Shown here: positions 44,649 to 54,448 of the stretch, one piece after another
How positions within the stretch are numbered: position 1 is the first letter of the stretch
Layout: each line of letters opens with the position of its first letter
NCBI GenBank assembly: GCA_017399305.1
Contig: JAFQDK010000018.1
Coordinates: forward strand, 2,363-66,362
Direction of reading: 5' to 3'
DNA length: 64,000 bases
Origin: Clostridia bacterium
Lineage (GTDB): Bacteria > Bacillota > Clostridia > Oscillospirales > CAG-272
Notes under the pieces: model-generated
Database searches by the model: none
What the model was told of the DNA's origin: nothing
The model's input: the letters and a program-made list of their open reading frames with translations, nothing else
Made by a program: the position numbers and the translations under genes

Positions 44649-45350
44649 ATGTCCGAACAATTCTCACGCACTGAGTTACTTATCGGTGCTGATGCATTAA
44701 ATAAACTAAAAAATGCACGCGTTGCAGTATTCGGCATCGGCGGCGTAGGCAGCTATACCGTTGAGGCTCTTGCCCGCGCAGGAGTGGGGGCACTTGATCT
44801 TATCGACAGCGATGTTGTCGCAACAAGCAATATTAACCGACAGATAATTGCAACGCATAAAACCGTTGGCAGACCGAAGGTCGAAGTTGCCGCAGAGAGA
44901 ATTGCCGATATAAATCCCGACTGCAAGGTCACTTGCCATAAATTGTTTGTTCTCCCCGAGAACATGGAGCACTTCGATTTTGAATCTTATGACTATATTG
45001 TTGACGCAATTGACACGGTTTCTGCAAAGATAGCACTTGCTGTTACAGCAGAAAAACTTGGGGTGAAAATCATCAGTTCAATGGGAACCGGCAACAAGCT
45101 TGACCCGACAAAATTTGAGGTTACAGACATCTATAAAACCTCAGTCTGTCCGCTTGCACGGGTAATGCGTCTTGAACTGAAAAAGCGCGGTGTAAAAAAG
45201 CTAAAGGTGCTCTACTCAAAAGAGGAGCCTGTCAAAGTAGCCGTACAAAGCGAGGAGCACAGACGTGCCATCCCTGCAAGCATATCATTTGTACCGTCTG
45301 CGGCGGGACTTATAATAGCCGGCGAAGTAATAAAAGATCTGATAAAGTAA
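44649..45350 (+). CDS. tcdA: tRNA threonylcarbamoyladenosine dehydratase (ThiF-family)
   Basis: VFGIGGVGSY nucleotide-binding loop, 233 aa. Confidence 0.7.
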   Translation: MSEQFSRTELLIGADALNKLKNARVAVFGIGGVGSYTVEALARAGVGALDLIDSDVVATSNINRQIIATHKTVGRPKVEVAAERIADINPDCKVTCHKLFVLPENMEHFDFESYDYIVDAIDTVSAKIALAVTAEKLGVKIISSMGTGNKLDPTKFEVTDIYKTSVCPLARVMRLELKKRGVKKLKVLYSKEEPVKVAVQSEEHRRAIPASISFVPSAAGLIIAGEVIKDLIK

Positions 45351-45385
45351 AGAAGCTCAGCATAATTTGCTGAGCTTCTTTTTAT
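45351..45385. terminator. Bidirectional terminator
   Basis: AGAAGCTCAGC-ATAATTT-GCTGAGCTTCT then TTTTTA. Confidence 0.7.
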
Positions 45386-46572
45386 AAAATCTTATATACA
45401 TCGGGAAAAAGTTCGAGGCTGCGGCGAAGAATACCATTCATATGTGCAATGGCGACGCCATAGTTAACTATTGGAATCTCTTTTTCTGTAGCAGTTCTTA
45501 TACGGTGCTTCATTTCCGCCTCGTTCAGCATACAGCCTCCGCAATGCACAACAAGCTTATACTGCGAGAGGTCGTCGGGAAATTCCCCACCAGAGGTAAA
45601 GTCAAACTCAACCTTTGCACCAGAGAATTTCTCTATCCATGCAGGCATTTTTACAGTGCCTATATCGCCGCACTGACGGTGATGTGTGCAGCCCTCGGAA
45701 ATGAGAATTTTATCGCCGTCACGCAAAGAGGCAAGCGCAGCGGCGCCGTTTACCTGTGTAACAAGGTCGCCCTTGTAGCGCGCAAACAAAATCGAAAATG
45801 ATGTGAGAGGTATGCTTTCGGGGACAATCTTTGCAACCTTGCCAAACGCTTGCGAGTCGGTAACAACCATTTTAGGCGGTGCTTTGAGTGCAAAAAGAGT
45901 TGCGGCAAGCTGTTCGACCTGCGTGACAACAGTTATACAGTGCGCATCCAGAATGTCGCGGATAGTCTGCTGCTGTGGCAGAATAAGTCTGCCTTTTGGT
46001 GCGGACTCATCAATAGGAGTAACAAGCACTACAACATCATTTTCGGAAATAAGATCGGCGATAATACGCTTGCTATTTTCCTTGGTTTTTGCAAGAGTGC
46101 CAACCTTTTCCTTTAGCTCTTTTACACCGTCACCGCTGAGTGCGCTTACATAAAGCGCATCGGCAGTGCATGTATCGGTAAGGTCCGATTTATTGAAAAC
46201 CGTTATGTAAGGGATTCCCTTTTCCTTGACGAGTGCGATGAAACTTTCTTCTTCCGCGCCGATGCCGACGGTTGCATCAACAACAAGCACGGCAACATCG
46301 GTCTTTGCAAGCACCTCACGTGTCTTTTTCACGCGAAGAGCACCAAGTTCTCCCTCATCGTCAAAGCCCGGAGTGTCAATTATCATAACCGGACCTATCG
46401 GTAGTAATTCCATTGCCTTTTTTACAGGGTCAGTGGTGGTGCCTTTAACATCGGATACCACCGCAAGGTTTTGCCCTGTAAAAGCGTTTACAAGGCTGGA
46501 TTTACCCGCGTTTCGTTTGCCGAAAAACGCTATATGAACGCGCTCGGCACTTACGGTTTCGTTTAAACTCAT
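45382..46572 (-). CDS. hydF: [FeFe]-hydrogenase maturation GTPase HydF
   Basis: P-loop GKRNAGKSS, DTPG, C-terminal CxHx(n)HCGGC cluster motif. Confidence 0.85.
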   Translation of the reverse strand: MSLNETVSAERVHIAFFGKRNAGKSSLVNAFTGQNLAVVSDVKGTTTDPVKKAMELLPIGPVMIIDTPGFDDEGELGALRVKKTREVLAKTDVAVLVVDATVGIGAEEESFIALVKEKGIPYITVFNKSDLTDTCTADALYVSALSGDGVKELKEKVGTLAKTKENSKRIIADLISENDVVVLVTPIDESAPKGRLILPQQQTIRDILDAHCITVVTQVEQLAATLFALKAPPKMVVTDSQAFGKVAKIVPESIPLTSFSILFARYKGDLVTQVNGAAALASLRDGDKILISEGCTHHRQCGDIGTVKMPAWIEKFSGAKVEFDFTSGGEFPDDLSQYKLVVHCGGCMLNEAEMKHRIRTATEKEIPIVNYGVAIAHMNGILRRSLELFPDVYKIL

Positions 46573-46581
46573 ATACTTCCC

Positions 46582-48030
46582 TCAAAATCTGAAGTCACGT
46601 CTGTTAGACTTCTTGATTTCTTCGATGTTTTCTTTAGCGATGTTTCTTACCTTTTCCTTTGGAACGTTGTTAAGCTCTTTTTCAATCATCTCAAAGCCGA
46701 CCTTCTTAGTCTCCTCGCTTGCGTAGTCAACAAGATATTCAGTGAGAGTCATAAGAGCATTGGGATGACAGCAGTTTGCAATCTGTCCCGACTTACAAAG
46801 ACTCATAAAGCGGTCGCCTGTGCGACCCTCGCGATAGCACGCGGTACAGAATGACGGAATGTGTCCGTTTTCCATAAGCCATCTTACAACATCGTCAAGT
46901 GTACGCTGGTCAGAAACGTCAAACTGCTCGGTATCGTGCGGACGCTCCTCGGTGGTGTAGCCACCTACAGATGTACGTGAGCCGCCGCTGACCTGTGATA
47001 CTCCCAGACGAAGGAGCTTTCCGCGAACTGCCTCGGTCTCGCGTGTGGAAATGATTATACCTGTATAGGGCACTGCAAGACGGATGCAAGCGGTAATCTT
47101 TGCAAACGTATCATCATCGATACCGTTATCAAAATCATCGGGGTTGATATCGTCTGCTCTCTTGAGACGCGGTACGCTTATTGTGTGAGGGCCTACACCG
47201 TGAACCGCCTCAAGGTGCTCTGCGTGCATGATAAGCCCTGCAAACTCGTACTTATAAAGCTCAAGTCCGAAGAGGACACCGAGACCTACATCGTCGATAC
47301 CACCCTCCATTGCTCTGTCCATTGCCTCGGTGTGGTAAGCATAGTTGTGCTTTGGTCCTGTGGGATGAAGCTGCTCATAGCTTTCCTTGTGGTAGGTTTC
47401 CTGAAAAAGGATGTATGTACCAATGCCTGCATCGTGAAGTTTTTTGTAGTTTTCAACCGTGGTTGCGGCGATATTTACGTTTACGCGGCGAATGTCACCG
47501 TTCTTGTGGTGAACACTGTAGATGGTCTTGATACACTCAAGGATATACTCAATAGGATTGTTTACAGGGTCTTCGCCCGCTTCGATTGCAAGACGCTTGT
47601 GTCCCATATCCTGAAGTGCGATTACCTCTGCCTTAACCTCCTCCTGTGTAAGCTTTTTACGCGGAATAGTCTTGTTCTTTAAGTGGTAGGGGCAATAAAC
47701 GCAACCGTTTACACAGTAGTTTGAGAGATAAAGCGGCGCAAAAATTACGATACGGTTGCCGTAGAATGCGAGTTTTATCTCCTCGGCAATGGCATATATC
47801 TTTTCAATTGTTTTGGGATCATCGCATGCAAGAAGTACCGATGCTTCACGGTGGGTAAGGCCGGCACAGTGCCAGCCTGTCTCAGTCTTGCGGGGTCTTG
47901 CTTTTTCAAGAATCTCGTTAATAAGTTCAAAGTTATTCTTGTTCGCTTCGGCATATTCGAGCGTTGCAAGAATCTCGCCGTCATTGATAAATTCCTCTGC
48001 TTTGAGAGATTTGGGATCATAAATTGCCAT
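46582..48030 (-). CDS. hydG: [FeFe]-hydrogenase maturase HydG (radical SAM)
   Basis: CVNGCVYCPY radical-SAM motif, 482 aa, C-terminal Cys cluster. Confidence 0.9.
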   Translation of the reverse strand: MAIYDPKSLKAEEFINDGEILATLEYAEANKNNFELINEILEKARPRKTETGWHCAGLTHREASVLLACDDPKTIEKIYAIAEEIKLAFYGNRIVIFAPLYLSNYCVNGCVYCPYHLKNKTIPRKKLTQEEVKAEVIALQDMGHKRLAIEAGEDPVNNPIEYILECIKTIYSVHHKNGDIRRVNVNIAATTVENYKKLHDAGIGTYILFQETYHKESYEQLHPTGPKHNYAYHTEAMDRAMEGGIDDVGLGVLFGLELYKYEFAGLIMHAEHLEAVHGVGPHTISVPRLKRADDINPDDFDNGIDDDTFAKITACIRLAVPYTGIIISTRETEAVRGKLLRLGVSQVSGGSRTSVGGYTTEERPHDTEQFDVSDQRTLDDVVRWLMENGHIPSFCTACYREGRTGDRFMSLCKSGQIANCCHPNALMTLTEYLVDYASEETKKVGFEMIEKELNNVPKEKVRNIAKENIEEIKKSNRRDFRF

Positions 48031-48063
48031 AGTTGTTCTCCTTTATATAAAGATAATGTTTAT

Positions 48064-49101
48064 CTATTTCTTAGCATCGCCGCGGTTTGCGCTTACCGTA
48101 CAACCGATAGCGGCGAGTTTTTTCTTTAATTTGTCAAGCTCCTCGGCACTTTCTGCCCCTGTGGAAAGCTTGTTGTCATACAGCATGTATTTTTTGCGCA
48201 CAGACACGGGCGAAAGATTTGGCATGACCACGTTTGCACCTGCTAAGATTCCGCGCTCACGTCCGTCGCCCTTTATAGTACCAAGTGCGGTAGTAGCAGG
48301 TAACAATACAGTTGGATGTATAAGCCTTATCATGCTGAGAAGCAAGCACGTGAGGTCTGCAGAGCCTGCCGCACGGTCACGAAAAGGAGTGTCTTTATGC
48401 GGTATAAAAGGCCCAATTCCGCACATATCCGGCTTGAATTCTTCTATAAATTTAAGCTCTGCGGCAAGCATCTCCTTTGTTTGAAAGGGTGAGCCTACCA
48501 TAAAACCGCAGCCTACCTGATAGCCGCATTTTCTGAGATTTTCAAGACACTCCATGCGCCTTTCCCACGAAAGGTTTTCGGGGTGAAGCTTAGAATAATG
48601 AGTTTTGTTTGCAGTTTCATGTCGCAAAAGATAGCGGTCAGCACCCGCTTCTTTTAACCGCTTGTAGCTTTCAAGGCTACGCTCGCCGAGAGAGAGGGTC
48701 ACGGCACAATCCGGATGCATTGATTTAATCTTTGTAATGATGCTTACAAGCACATCATCGGTGAAGTATCCGTCTTCGCCGCCCTGCATAACAAATGTAC
48801 GGAAACCAAGCTCATAACCTACATTGCAACACTCGAGAATTTCTTCTTCACTGAGGCGGTAGCGGTCACAGTTCTTGTTACCGGCACGGATACCGCAATA
48901 ATAGCAATCATTTTTGCAGATGTTGCTGACCTCAATAAGCCCGCGGATGAATACCTCATCGCCGTAATGCTTTCTCTTTTCTGCAAGTGCTTTTTCAGCA
49001 AGGTATGCAGCATCTTTTTCATCTGCTTCGGTAATTATTCTAAGATATGCTTCCTCGGAGAGAGTATGCTCCCTCACAAGTCTGTCAATCAGGTCACGCA
49101 T
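48064..49101 (-). CDS. hydE: [FeFe]-hydrogenase maturase HydE (radical SAM)
   Basis: CKNDCYYCGIR motif, biotin-synthase-like, 345 aa. Confidence 0.85.
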   Translation of the reverse strand: MRDLIDRLVREHTLSEEAYLRIITEADEKDAAYLAEKALAEKRKHYGDEVFIRGLIEVSNICKNDCYYCGIRAGNKNCDRYRLSEEEILECCNVGYELGFRTFVMQGGEDGYFTDDVLVSIITKIKSMHPDCAVTLSLGERSLESYKRLKEAGADRYLLRHETANKTHYSKLHPENLSWERRMECLENLRKCGYQVGCGFMVGSPFQTKEMLAAELKFIEEFKPDMCGIGPFIPHKDTPFRDRAAGSADLTCLLLSMIRLIHPTVLLPATTALGTIKGDGRERGILAGANVVMPNLSPVSVRKKYMLYDNKLSTGAESAEELDKLKKKLAAIGCTVSANRGDAKK

Positions 49102-49351
49102 TTGTGCCTACGCTCGAAAGTGCAGTTTTAACACTCACACCGTCGAGTTTTCCTATCTTGCCCGCAAGTGCGGATATTTTATCCTGCGGAGCATCGATTG
49201 CAATACTGATGATACTTATTTTTCTTTCGCGGTATGGCAGCCCCATACGGCCTATGATATACTGCCCAAAATCGTGAAGAAGCGCATTTATCGTTTCAAC
49301 CGAATCTGCGTTTTCAACTATTATACTCATTACAGCAACTCTTGTTTCCAT
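49094..49351 (-). CDS. TM1266-like small ACT/NikR-C-fold protein of hydrogenase maturation operons
   Basis: 85 aa, overlaps hydE start by 8 nt. Confidence 0.55.
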   Translation of the reverse strand: METRVAVMSIIVENADSVETINALLHDFGQYIIGRMGLPYRERKISIISIAIDAPQDKISALAGKIGKLDGVSVKTALSSVGTNA

Positions 49352-49371
49352 GCTTTTCTCCTAAATAGAAA

Positions 49372-49394
49372 TCGCGCCTTGTGACAAGGCGCGA
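49372..49394 (-). terminator. GC-rich hairpin plus U-tract in the hyd leader / after aminotransferase
   Basis: TCGCGCCTTGT-CAC-ACAAGGCGCGA followed on minus strand by TTTCTATTT. Confidence 0.55.
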
Positions 49395-49463
49395 CAAAAA
49401 AACTATCTTAATTGTCAACGCCTTTCACGCAGAAATTTCTTTATGTCAGGGGTTTCTATATGT

Positions 49464-49492
49464 ATTATACAATAGTGTTAAAATTTTGTCAA
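49464..49492 (-). promoter_or_regulatory. Consensus sigma-70 promoter facing the hyd operon
   Basis: Minus strand TTGACA (49492-49487) - 17 nt - TATAAT (49469-49464). Confidence 0.5.
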
Positions 49493-49496
49493 TATA

Positions 49497-50660
49497 TTAT
49501 TTTACAATTCCGCTCTGCTTTATTGCATCTATAGCTTCCTTTATCTTTTCAGGCGGCATTGTGAGCGCAAAGCGCACATATCCCTCTCCCGCAGGGCCAA
49601 AACTGCAGCCAGGGGTGCAAAGCACACCGCACTCTTCAACAAGCTTCATGCAAAATGCCATACTGTCGGTATATCCGCTTGGGAGCGGTGCCCACACAAA
49701 CATACTTCCGCTGCTGTTTGGAACGTCCCAGCCGATAGCGCGAAGTCCGTTACAAAGGGTATCTCTACGCTGCTGATAAAGTCTGTTTTGCTCCTTAACG
49801 GTATCAAGAGGCCCTGTAAGTGCCGCGATAGCCGCATACTGAAGCGGCAGAAACATACCGAAGTCTATCTGCGAACGAAGTTTGCGGAACGCACCAACAA
49901 CATCGGGACGGCCTACAAGAAAGCTGATGCGTCCGCCTGTTACGTTAAAGCTCTTGGAAAGGCTGAAAAACTCAACGCCGACGTCGCTTGCGCCTTCGAT
50001 ATTGAAGAAACTATGTCCCTCTACACCGTCAAAGATAATGTCGCTGTATGCGTTATCGTGGATGATAAGAATATCATACTTCTTTGCAAACGCCACTATC
50101 TCTCTATAAAGCTCCGGGGTACCGACACTTCCTACGGGATTTGCGGGAAGCGAAACTATCATGTATTTTGCTTTTCTTGCCACATCCTCGGGAATATCGG
50201 AAACGCTTGGTAAAAAGCCGTTTTCCTTGGTCATGGGGTAATACCAAGGCTCAGCACCTGCCATTTTTGCACCTGCGATAAATACAGGATAGCAAGGTGT
50301 TGGAAGTAATACAGTATCTCCCTCATTGCAGAGCACCATACCTATGTGTCCCATACCTTCTTGGCTACCGCAGCAGCTTGCGACCATATCATGCGTGATT
50401 TCAACACCAAATCGGGACTTATAATAGTTGCACACCGCATCGAGAAGTTCGGGAATATCGCGTAAACTGTATTTCCAGTTTTGCGAATCCATTGCCGCAT
50501 CCGCCACAGCTCTACGGATATGTTCAGGCGTTTCAAAATCGGGAGTGCCGATACTGAGATTATATATCTTTTTTCCCTCAGCTTCAAGCTGTACTTTTTT
50601 TACATTAAGCTCGGCGAAAATCTCTTCGCCGAAACGGTTCATACGTTTTGAAAATTCCAT
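49497..50660 (-). CDS. Class I/II PLP-dependent aminotransferase
   Basis: SLSKSFNVTGGR PLP-lysine motif, 387 aa. Confidence 0.8.
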   Translation of the reverse strand: MEFSKRMNRFGEEIFAELNVKKVQLEAEGKKIYNLSIGTPDFETPEHIRRAVADAAMDSQNWKYSLRDIPELLDAVCNYYKSRFGVEITHDMVASCCGSQEGMGHIGMVLCNEGDTVLLPTPCYPVFIAGAKMAGAEPWYYPMTKENGFLPSVSDIPEDVARKAKYMIVSLPANPVGSVGTPELYREIVAFAKKYDILIIHDNAYSDIIFDGVEGHSFFNIEGASDVGVEFFSLSKSFNVTGGRISFLVGRPDVVGAFRKLRSQIDFGMFLPLQYAAIAALTGPLDTVKEQNRLYQQRRDTLCNGLRAIGWDVPNSSGSMFVWAPLPSGYTDSMAFCMKLVEECGVLCTPGCSFGPAGEGYVRFALTMPPEKIKEAIDAIKQSGIVK

Positions 50661-50676
50661 TTTTTACTCCTGTTAA

Positions 50677-51654
50677 CTATAAGCCTAATATCCAGCTTGC
50701 TTTACGCAATATTTTCTTTCCAATCAAAACACATATCGCTGACATGCCTAAAACAACAACGGCATTTATAGGGAAAACGGCATATTTCCATACCGCTGTA
50801 ACTTCTAAGATGTTTTTTATCAAAATGTGTGACAAAAATATTCCGAACGATGTATTTCCTAACAGAATTAACACCTTAGCAATAACACCGCGAGACACTT
50901 TTTTATCAGTACGTATATAGTGATATGCAAGCACTATAGAAGCTAAAGACGTCGCTATGGAAGTCAGCCTTAACTGAGATGTAGCCATATTAATATCACC
51001 GAACTTATACCACAAAAAGCCTTCGCAGCAAGATAGCAATATAGCAACCGAATACATCACTATATTTAAAGCGTTATTTTTCTTTATAATAATTATGTTG
51101 TTACCCAAAAGCATGCCTAAATAATAGAATATGAACCATGCAACAAACCAATAGTTGTAACTCGAGCCAACTGCGGCATATCCGCTCAAATGCAGAATAT
51201 ATTTAACAACAATGGAAAATAAAGGAGTAATAAAAAGACCTATCCATCTGTATTTGGATTTTGCTAATTTTGCAATCAGCGGCGTGAGCAAGACAAATTG
51301 TACATATACAAAAACATAATAAAACGTTCCGCAAGTACGACCGGTCAAAAGATTTAATCCGAAGTTTTCAAAGCCTTGAGGAATCATATAAATTACCGAC
51401 CATAGCAAATAGGGAATAACCACCTTTTTAACTCGTTTGAAAATGGTGGTTTTATAACTTGGAATGTCGGTTTTTGTAAGATAGCCTGACAGGAAAATAA
51501 ACAGAGCTACGGCATAGTTTACAAAAGGACGCAAAAACACTCCGAAAATACCTACCGGATATGTATGTATAATCACAACCGAGATTATTGCGAGACCTCT
51601 TAATATCTGGATTTTTCCGTCTTTGTTGCCTAAAGATTTCTTTAAAGCTTCCAT
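50677..51654 (-). CDS. Acyltransferase family 3 membrane protein
   Basis: 10 predicted TM helices, N-terminal LRGLAIISVVIIH motif. Confidence 0.7.
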   Translation of the reverse strand: MEALKKSLGNKDGKIQILRGLAIISVVIIHTYPVGIFGVFLRPFVNYAVALFIFLSGYLTKTDIPSYKTTIFKRVKKVVIPYLLWSVIYMIPQGFENFGLNLLTGRTCGTFYYVFVYVQFVLLTPLIAKLAKSKYRWIGLFITPLFSIVVKYILHLSGYAAVGSSYNYWFVAWFIFYYLGMLLGNNIIIIKKNNALNIVMYSVAILLSCCEGFLWYKFGDINMATSQLRLTSIATSLASIVLAYHYIRTDKKVSRGVIAKVLILLGNTSFGIFLSHILIKNILEVTAVWKYAVFPINAVVVLGMSAICVLIGKKILRKASWILGL

Positions 51655-51769
51655 ATGTTACCATCCGCATATATTTTTTATGATTCCGAGTCAATTATAG
51701 CATAAATATTTTGCAGTTACAATAAATTACATATATAAATTAATTCATCATCGCTTGTTTTTAATCGTT

Positions 51770-52048
51770 TTCTCCTTTAAAAAACCCCATCGTTACCGAC
51801 AAGATCCATGAAGAGTGAGAAATACAGGAACTGAAATCTTGAAATTATCCCAATCAATATTCTTGACAGATGCTATCATAAGAATACCGACATAGATAAG
51901 CGCCGCCGCTGTAGCGCAACTCATAACAAGCTGTGCTATTTGGGCTCAAAAACATTGCAAGGAATGTGGTCATTCCGGCCACGAATTCGGTTTTAACCGT
52001 AGTGCCTCGCTCTTTTGCTATAACATATATTTCAAAAGATTTCCACAT
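51770..52048 (-). pseudogene. Remnant of an NCS2/AzgA-type purine permease gene
   Basis: N-terminal FEIYVIAKERGTTVKTEFVAGMTTFLAMF joined out of frame to C-terminal-like AALAALIYVGILMIASVKNIDWDNFKISVPVFLTL; most of the gene missing. Confidence 0.5.
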
Positions 52049-52123
52049 AGAATGACAAAAAACCGACGGTTTCCCGTCGGTTTTTGTCATTTAGTGCAAC
52101 GCAAGCGCACCTGTTTTTATATT

Positions 52124-53587
52124 TTAGAATCCTGTAAGCTTGAATGCAACCAATTCCATAGCGGATTCGTCTGCACGATCCTCGGTCATAACAACAATGA
52201 TACTGCCATCAGCAAGCTTAGCACCTGCGCAGAACCAAGGATAATCTGTTCCGAACAAATCGCCGTCTTCAATTGTACCTATAAACTTACCGTCTGTGCT
52301 CCACAAAACAACGTCACGCATGTTGCCGTCCATACCAAGGAAACCGTTTGCGGTCTGGGTGATGAATGTAATGCTGCCAAGGCCTTCGCCTTCTGCATCA
52401 GTGAGTGTCATTTGCAATGCGCCATCGGTATTGTAGACATATACCTTGTGTCCGCTTTCATCTGCTGCTGAGCCACATACATAGATATAATTATCATCTA
52501 CAACAAGTGTAGAAATGGTTGAAACTTCGGGGAAATTGATAGGTGACTTTGAAACAGCTCCACCTGCAAAGGTGATCTTCTCACATTCGGGGGACGAGAA
52601 CCAGTTAATGCCCCATTCGCCTGACGGATGCATAGTTACTTCATCCATATCATCATAGGAAGCATTCTTTACACCGTCTTTATAATTAAGCAACGGTTCC
52701 ATAAATCCGGAAACCCATACTGAGCCGTCTGCTGTGGCCTGTATGTTTCCAAAATCACCCTCGTCTATGATATTACTCTCATATACAAGAGATGTTCCGT
52801 CATACGCATACTGACGCAATACACCGTCACCAAGGATATATGCCTTATCGCCAACTACTGCCACTGCATGGTCGAATGTTTCATCAGTGATGATGCACTC
52901 GGTAATAGGAAGCCACTGGCTGTCAATTTTGTAAGTGCCTGTCATAGCACTTGCATTCTCAGCTGAGAATGCTTCACCCTCCCAAGACCATGGACCGTCA
53001 ACATTTCCGATATCCTTTACATTAATGGTAAGACCGTTAATAAGTGAAGTTACGCGAGCATCCTCGTATTCACCGATGATCTCGATAAGCACAGTCATGG
53101 ATGCTGCCTCATCACGGCCTATGTAGCGAAGACAAGGATCTCCCCAATAGTTGCCCTCCTCTGTCAAGCACTTTATACCGCCGATATCGGTCAACTCGTA
53201 TGCATTGTTTACTGCATATTCATATGCATCAAAGCCGTAGCTATTTAGGTAATCTCTGAATGATTCGGGAGATGCCTTTTCAACAGTGATTTCCACATTA
53301 ACTTCATATGAGTCTTCGCCGTTGGGAATAATAATCGTTGCATTTGAATAGTCTTCATAGTCATAGACATTATCTTCCTCATATGTCCATACATCTGCAT
53401 CATAATTAAGCGACCAAAGTGTGAGCTCAAGCTTTTCACCTGCTACAACTTCTGTAGGATTTGCCTGTGTTTCTAACGGAGCGTTTGTTGCATCGGGGGC
53501 ATTGGTCGGCGTGGGAGCCTTCTCGCCACAAGCAACCATAGATACCACCATAACAATCGCCAATAACACTACCATTAACTTTTTCAT
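52124..53587 (-). CDS. Lipoprotein, unknown function
   Basis: MKKLMVVLLAIVMVVSMVACG lipobox (ATG 53587 after AAAGGAG). Confidence 0.5.
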   Translation of the reverse strand: MKKLMVVLLAIVMVVSMVACGEKAPTPTNAPDATNAPLETQANPTEVVAGEKLELTLWSLNYDADVWTYEEDNVYDYEDYSNATIIIPNGEDSYEVNVEITVEKASPESFRDYLNSYGFDAYEYAVNNAYELTDIGGIKCLTEEGNYWGDPCLRYIGRDEAASMTVLIEIIGEYEDARVTSLINGLTINVKDIGNVDGPWSWEGEAFSAENASAMTGTYKIDSQWLPITECIITDETFDHAVAVVGDKAYILGDGVLRQYAYDGTSLVYESNIIDEGDFGNIQATADGSVWVSGFMEPLLNYKDGVKNASYDDMDEVTMHPSGEWGINWFSSPECEKITFAGGAVSKSPINFPEVSTISTLVVDDNYIYVCGSAADESGHKVYVYNTDGALQMTLTDAEGEGLGSITFITQTANGFLGMDGNMRDVVLWSTDGKFIGTIEDGDLFGTDYPWFCAGAKLADGSIIVVMTEDRADESAMELVAFKLTGF

Positions 53588-53620
53588 TTTATTTTTCTCC
53601 TTTCGAGATATGGAATACAA

Positions 53621-54160
53621 TTATTTTACAAGTGGGCGTTTCTGTTTGTCGGTAAATTTTCCACTAAGAATTTTAATGACATCCGTAATCCAGCCGATAC
53701 CTAATAAACCTAAGGTTATCATCCATAAAAAACCGGTTCCGGTTTTACCGACATAGTACCGATAAAGCCCAAACATACCGGTAAAAAGCGCCAACAATAA
53801 TGTTTTTAACCACTTTTTAGGCGGCTCTGCGCCGGGCATCTCGTCCGGAGACGGATCAACATAATCTTCTACAGGTTCACCGTTGATTATTTTCTTGACG
53901 GTTTCTGTGACAGTGTCAATATACTCTCCCTGAAGCATGGGAAGATCTAACATTCCCTTAACACCTTTGCGCATTATACTGTGTTTTCCGACATTCATCG
54001 AAATTCCGCCAACGCTCACTCCAGTTTGATTTGTAGCGACAGAAGGTGTCACCTTCACAACATTACCCTTTACGGTTACTGATATCATAACATCAAGATT
54101 CGGCTCTTTTTTGAAAGAAATCCGATCACCGCCAATGCCGCCCTTACGGGAAAATTGCAT
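53621..54160 (-). CDS. TM2-domain protein
   Basis: C-terminal LLALFTGMFGLYRYYVGKTGTGFLWMITLGLLGIGWITD. Confidence 0.6.
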   Translation of the reverse strand: MQFSRKGGIGGDRISFKKEPNLDVMISVTVKGNVVKVTPSVATNQTGVSVGGISMNVGKHSIMRKGVKGMLDLPMLQGEYIDTVTETVKKIINGEPVEDYVDPSPDEMPGAEPPKKWLKTLLLALFTGMFGLYRYYVGKTGTGFLWMITLGLLGIGWITDVIKILSGKFTDKQKRPLVK

Positions 54161-54400
54161 TTAGAAAGCAGCAACTCGAGCATTAAGCATCTCGTAAAGT
54201 TCATCCACTGTCAGCTCTCTTCTTATTACCTCCTTTACAAAGATTTATTATTCTACAACCATATTTTATAGCGATTTTATAAACGCTGTCACCACCCAAA
54301 CACGCAAAAAAAGTGTGGGAAAACAAGTTTTTCTTTAAAAACGGGTGGGGGATGGTGTGGGGAAAACGCAATTAATACATTCATAGAACATAGCTAAATC

Positions 54401-54438
54401 AAAGAAAGACCTTGTCCAAACGAACAAGGTCTTTCTTT
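54401..54438 (-). terminator. Rho-independent terminator
   Basis: AAAGAAAGACCTTGT-CCAAACGA-ACAAGGTCTTTCTTT. Confidence 0.6.
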
Positions 54439-54448
54439 ACCTGCATTT

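Noticed and set aside
54161-54240. Tiny ORF (..VDELYEMLNARVAAF) whose stop overlaps the TM2-domain gene start
   Set aside because: The only in-frame start (GTG) is about 20 nt from the AAGGAGG box, and the peptide would be 15 aa. It cannot be supported from sequence alone.
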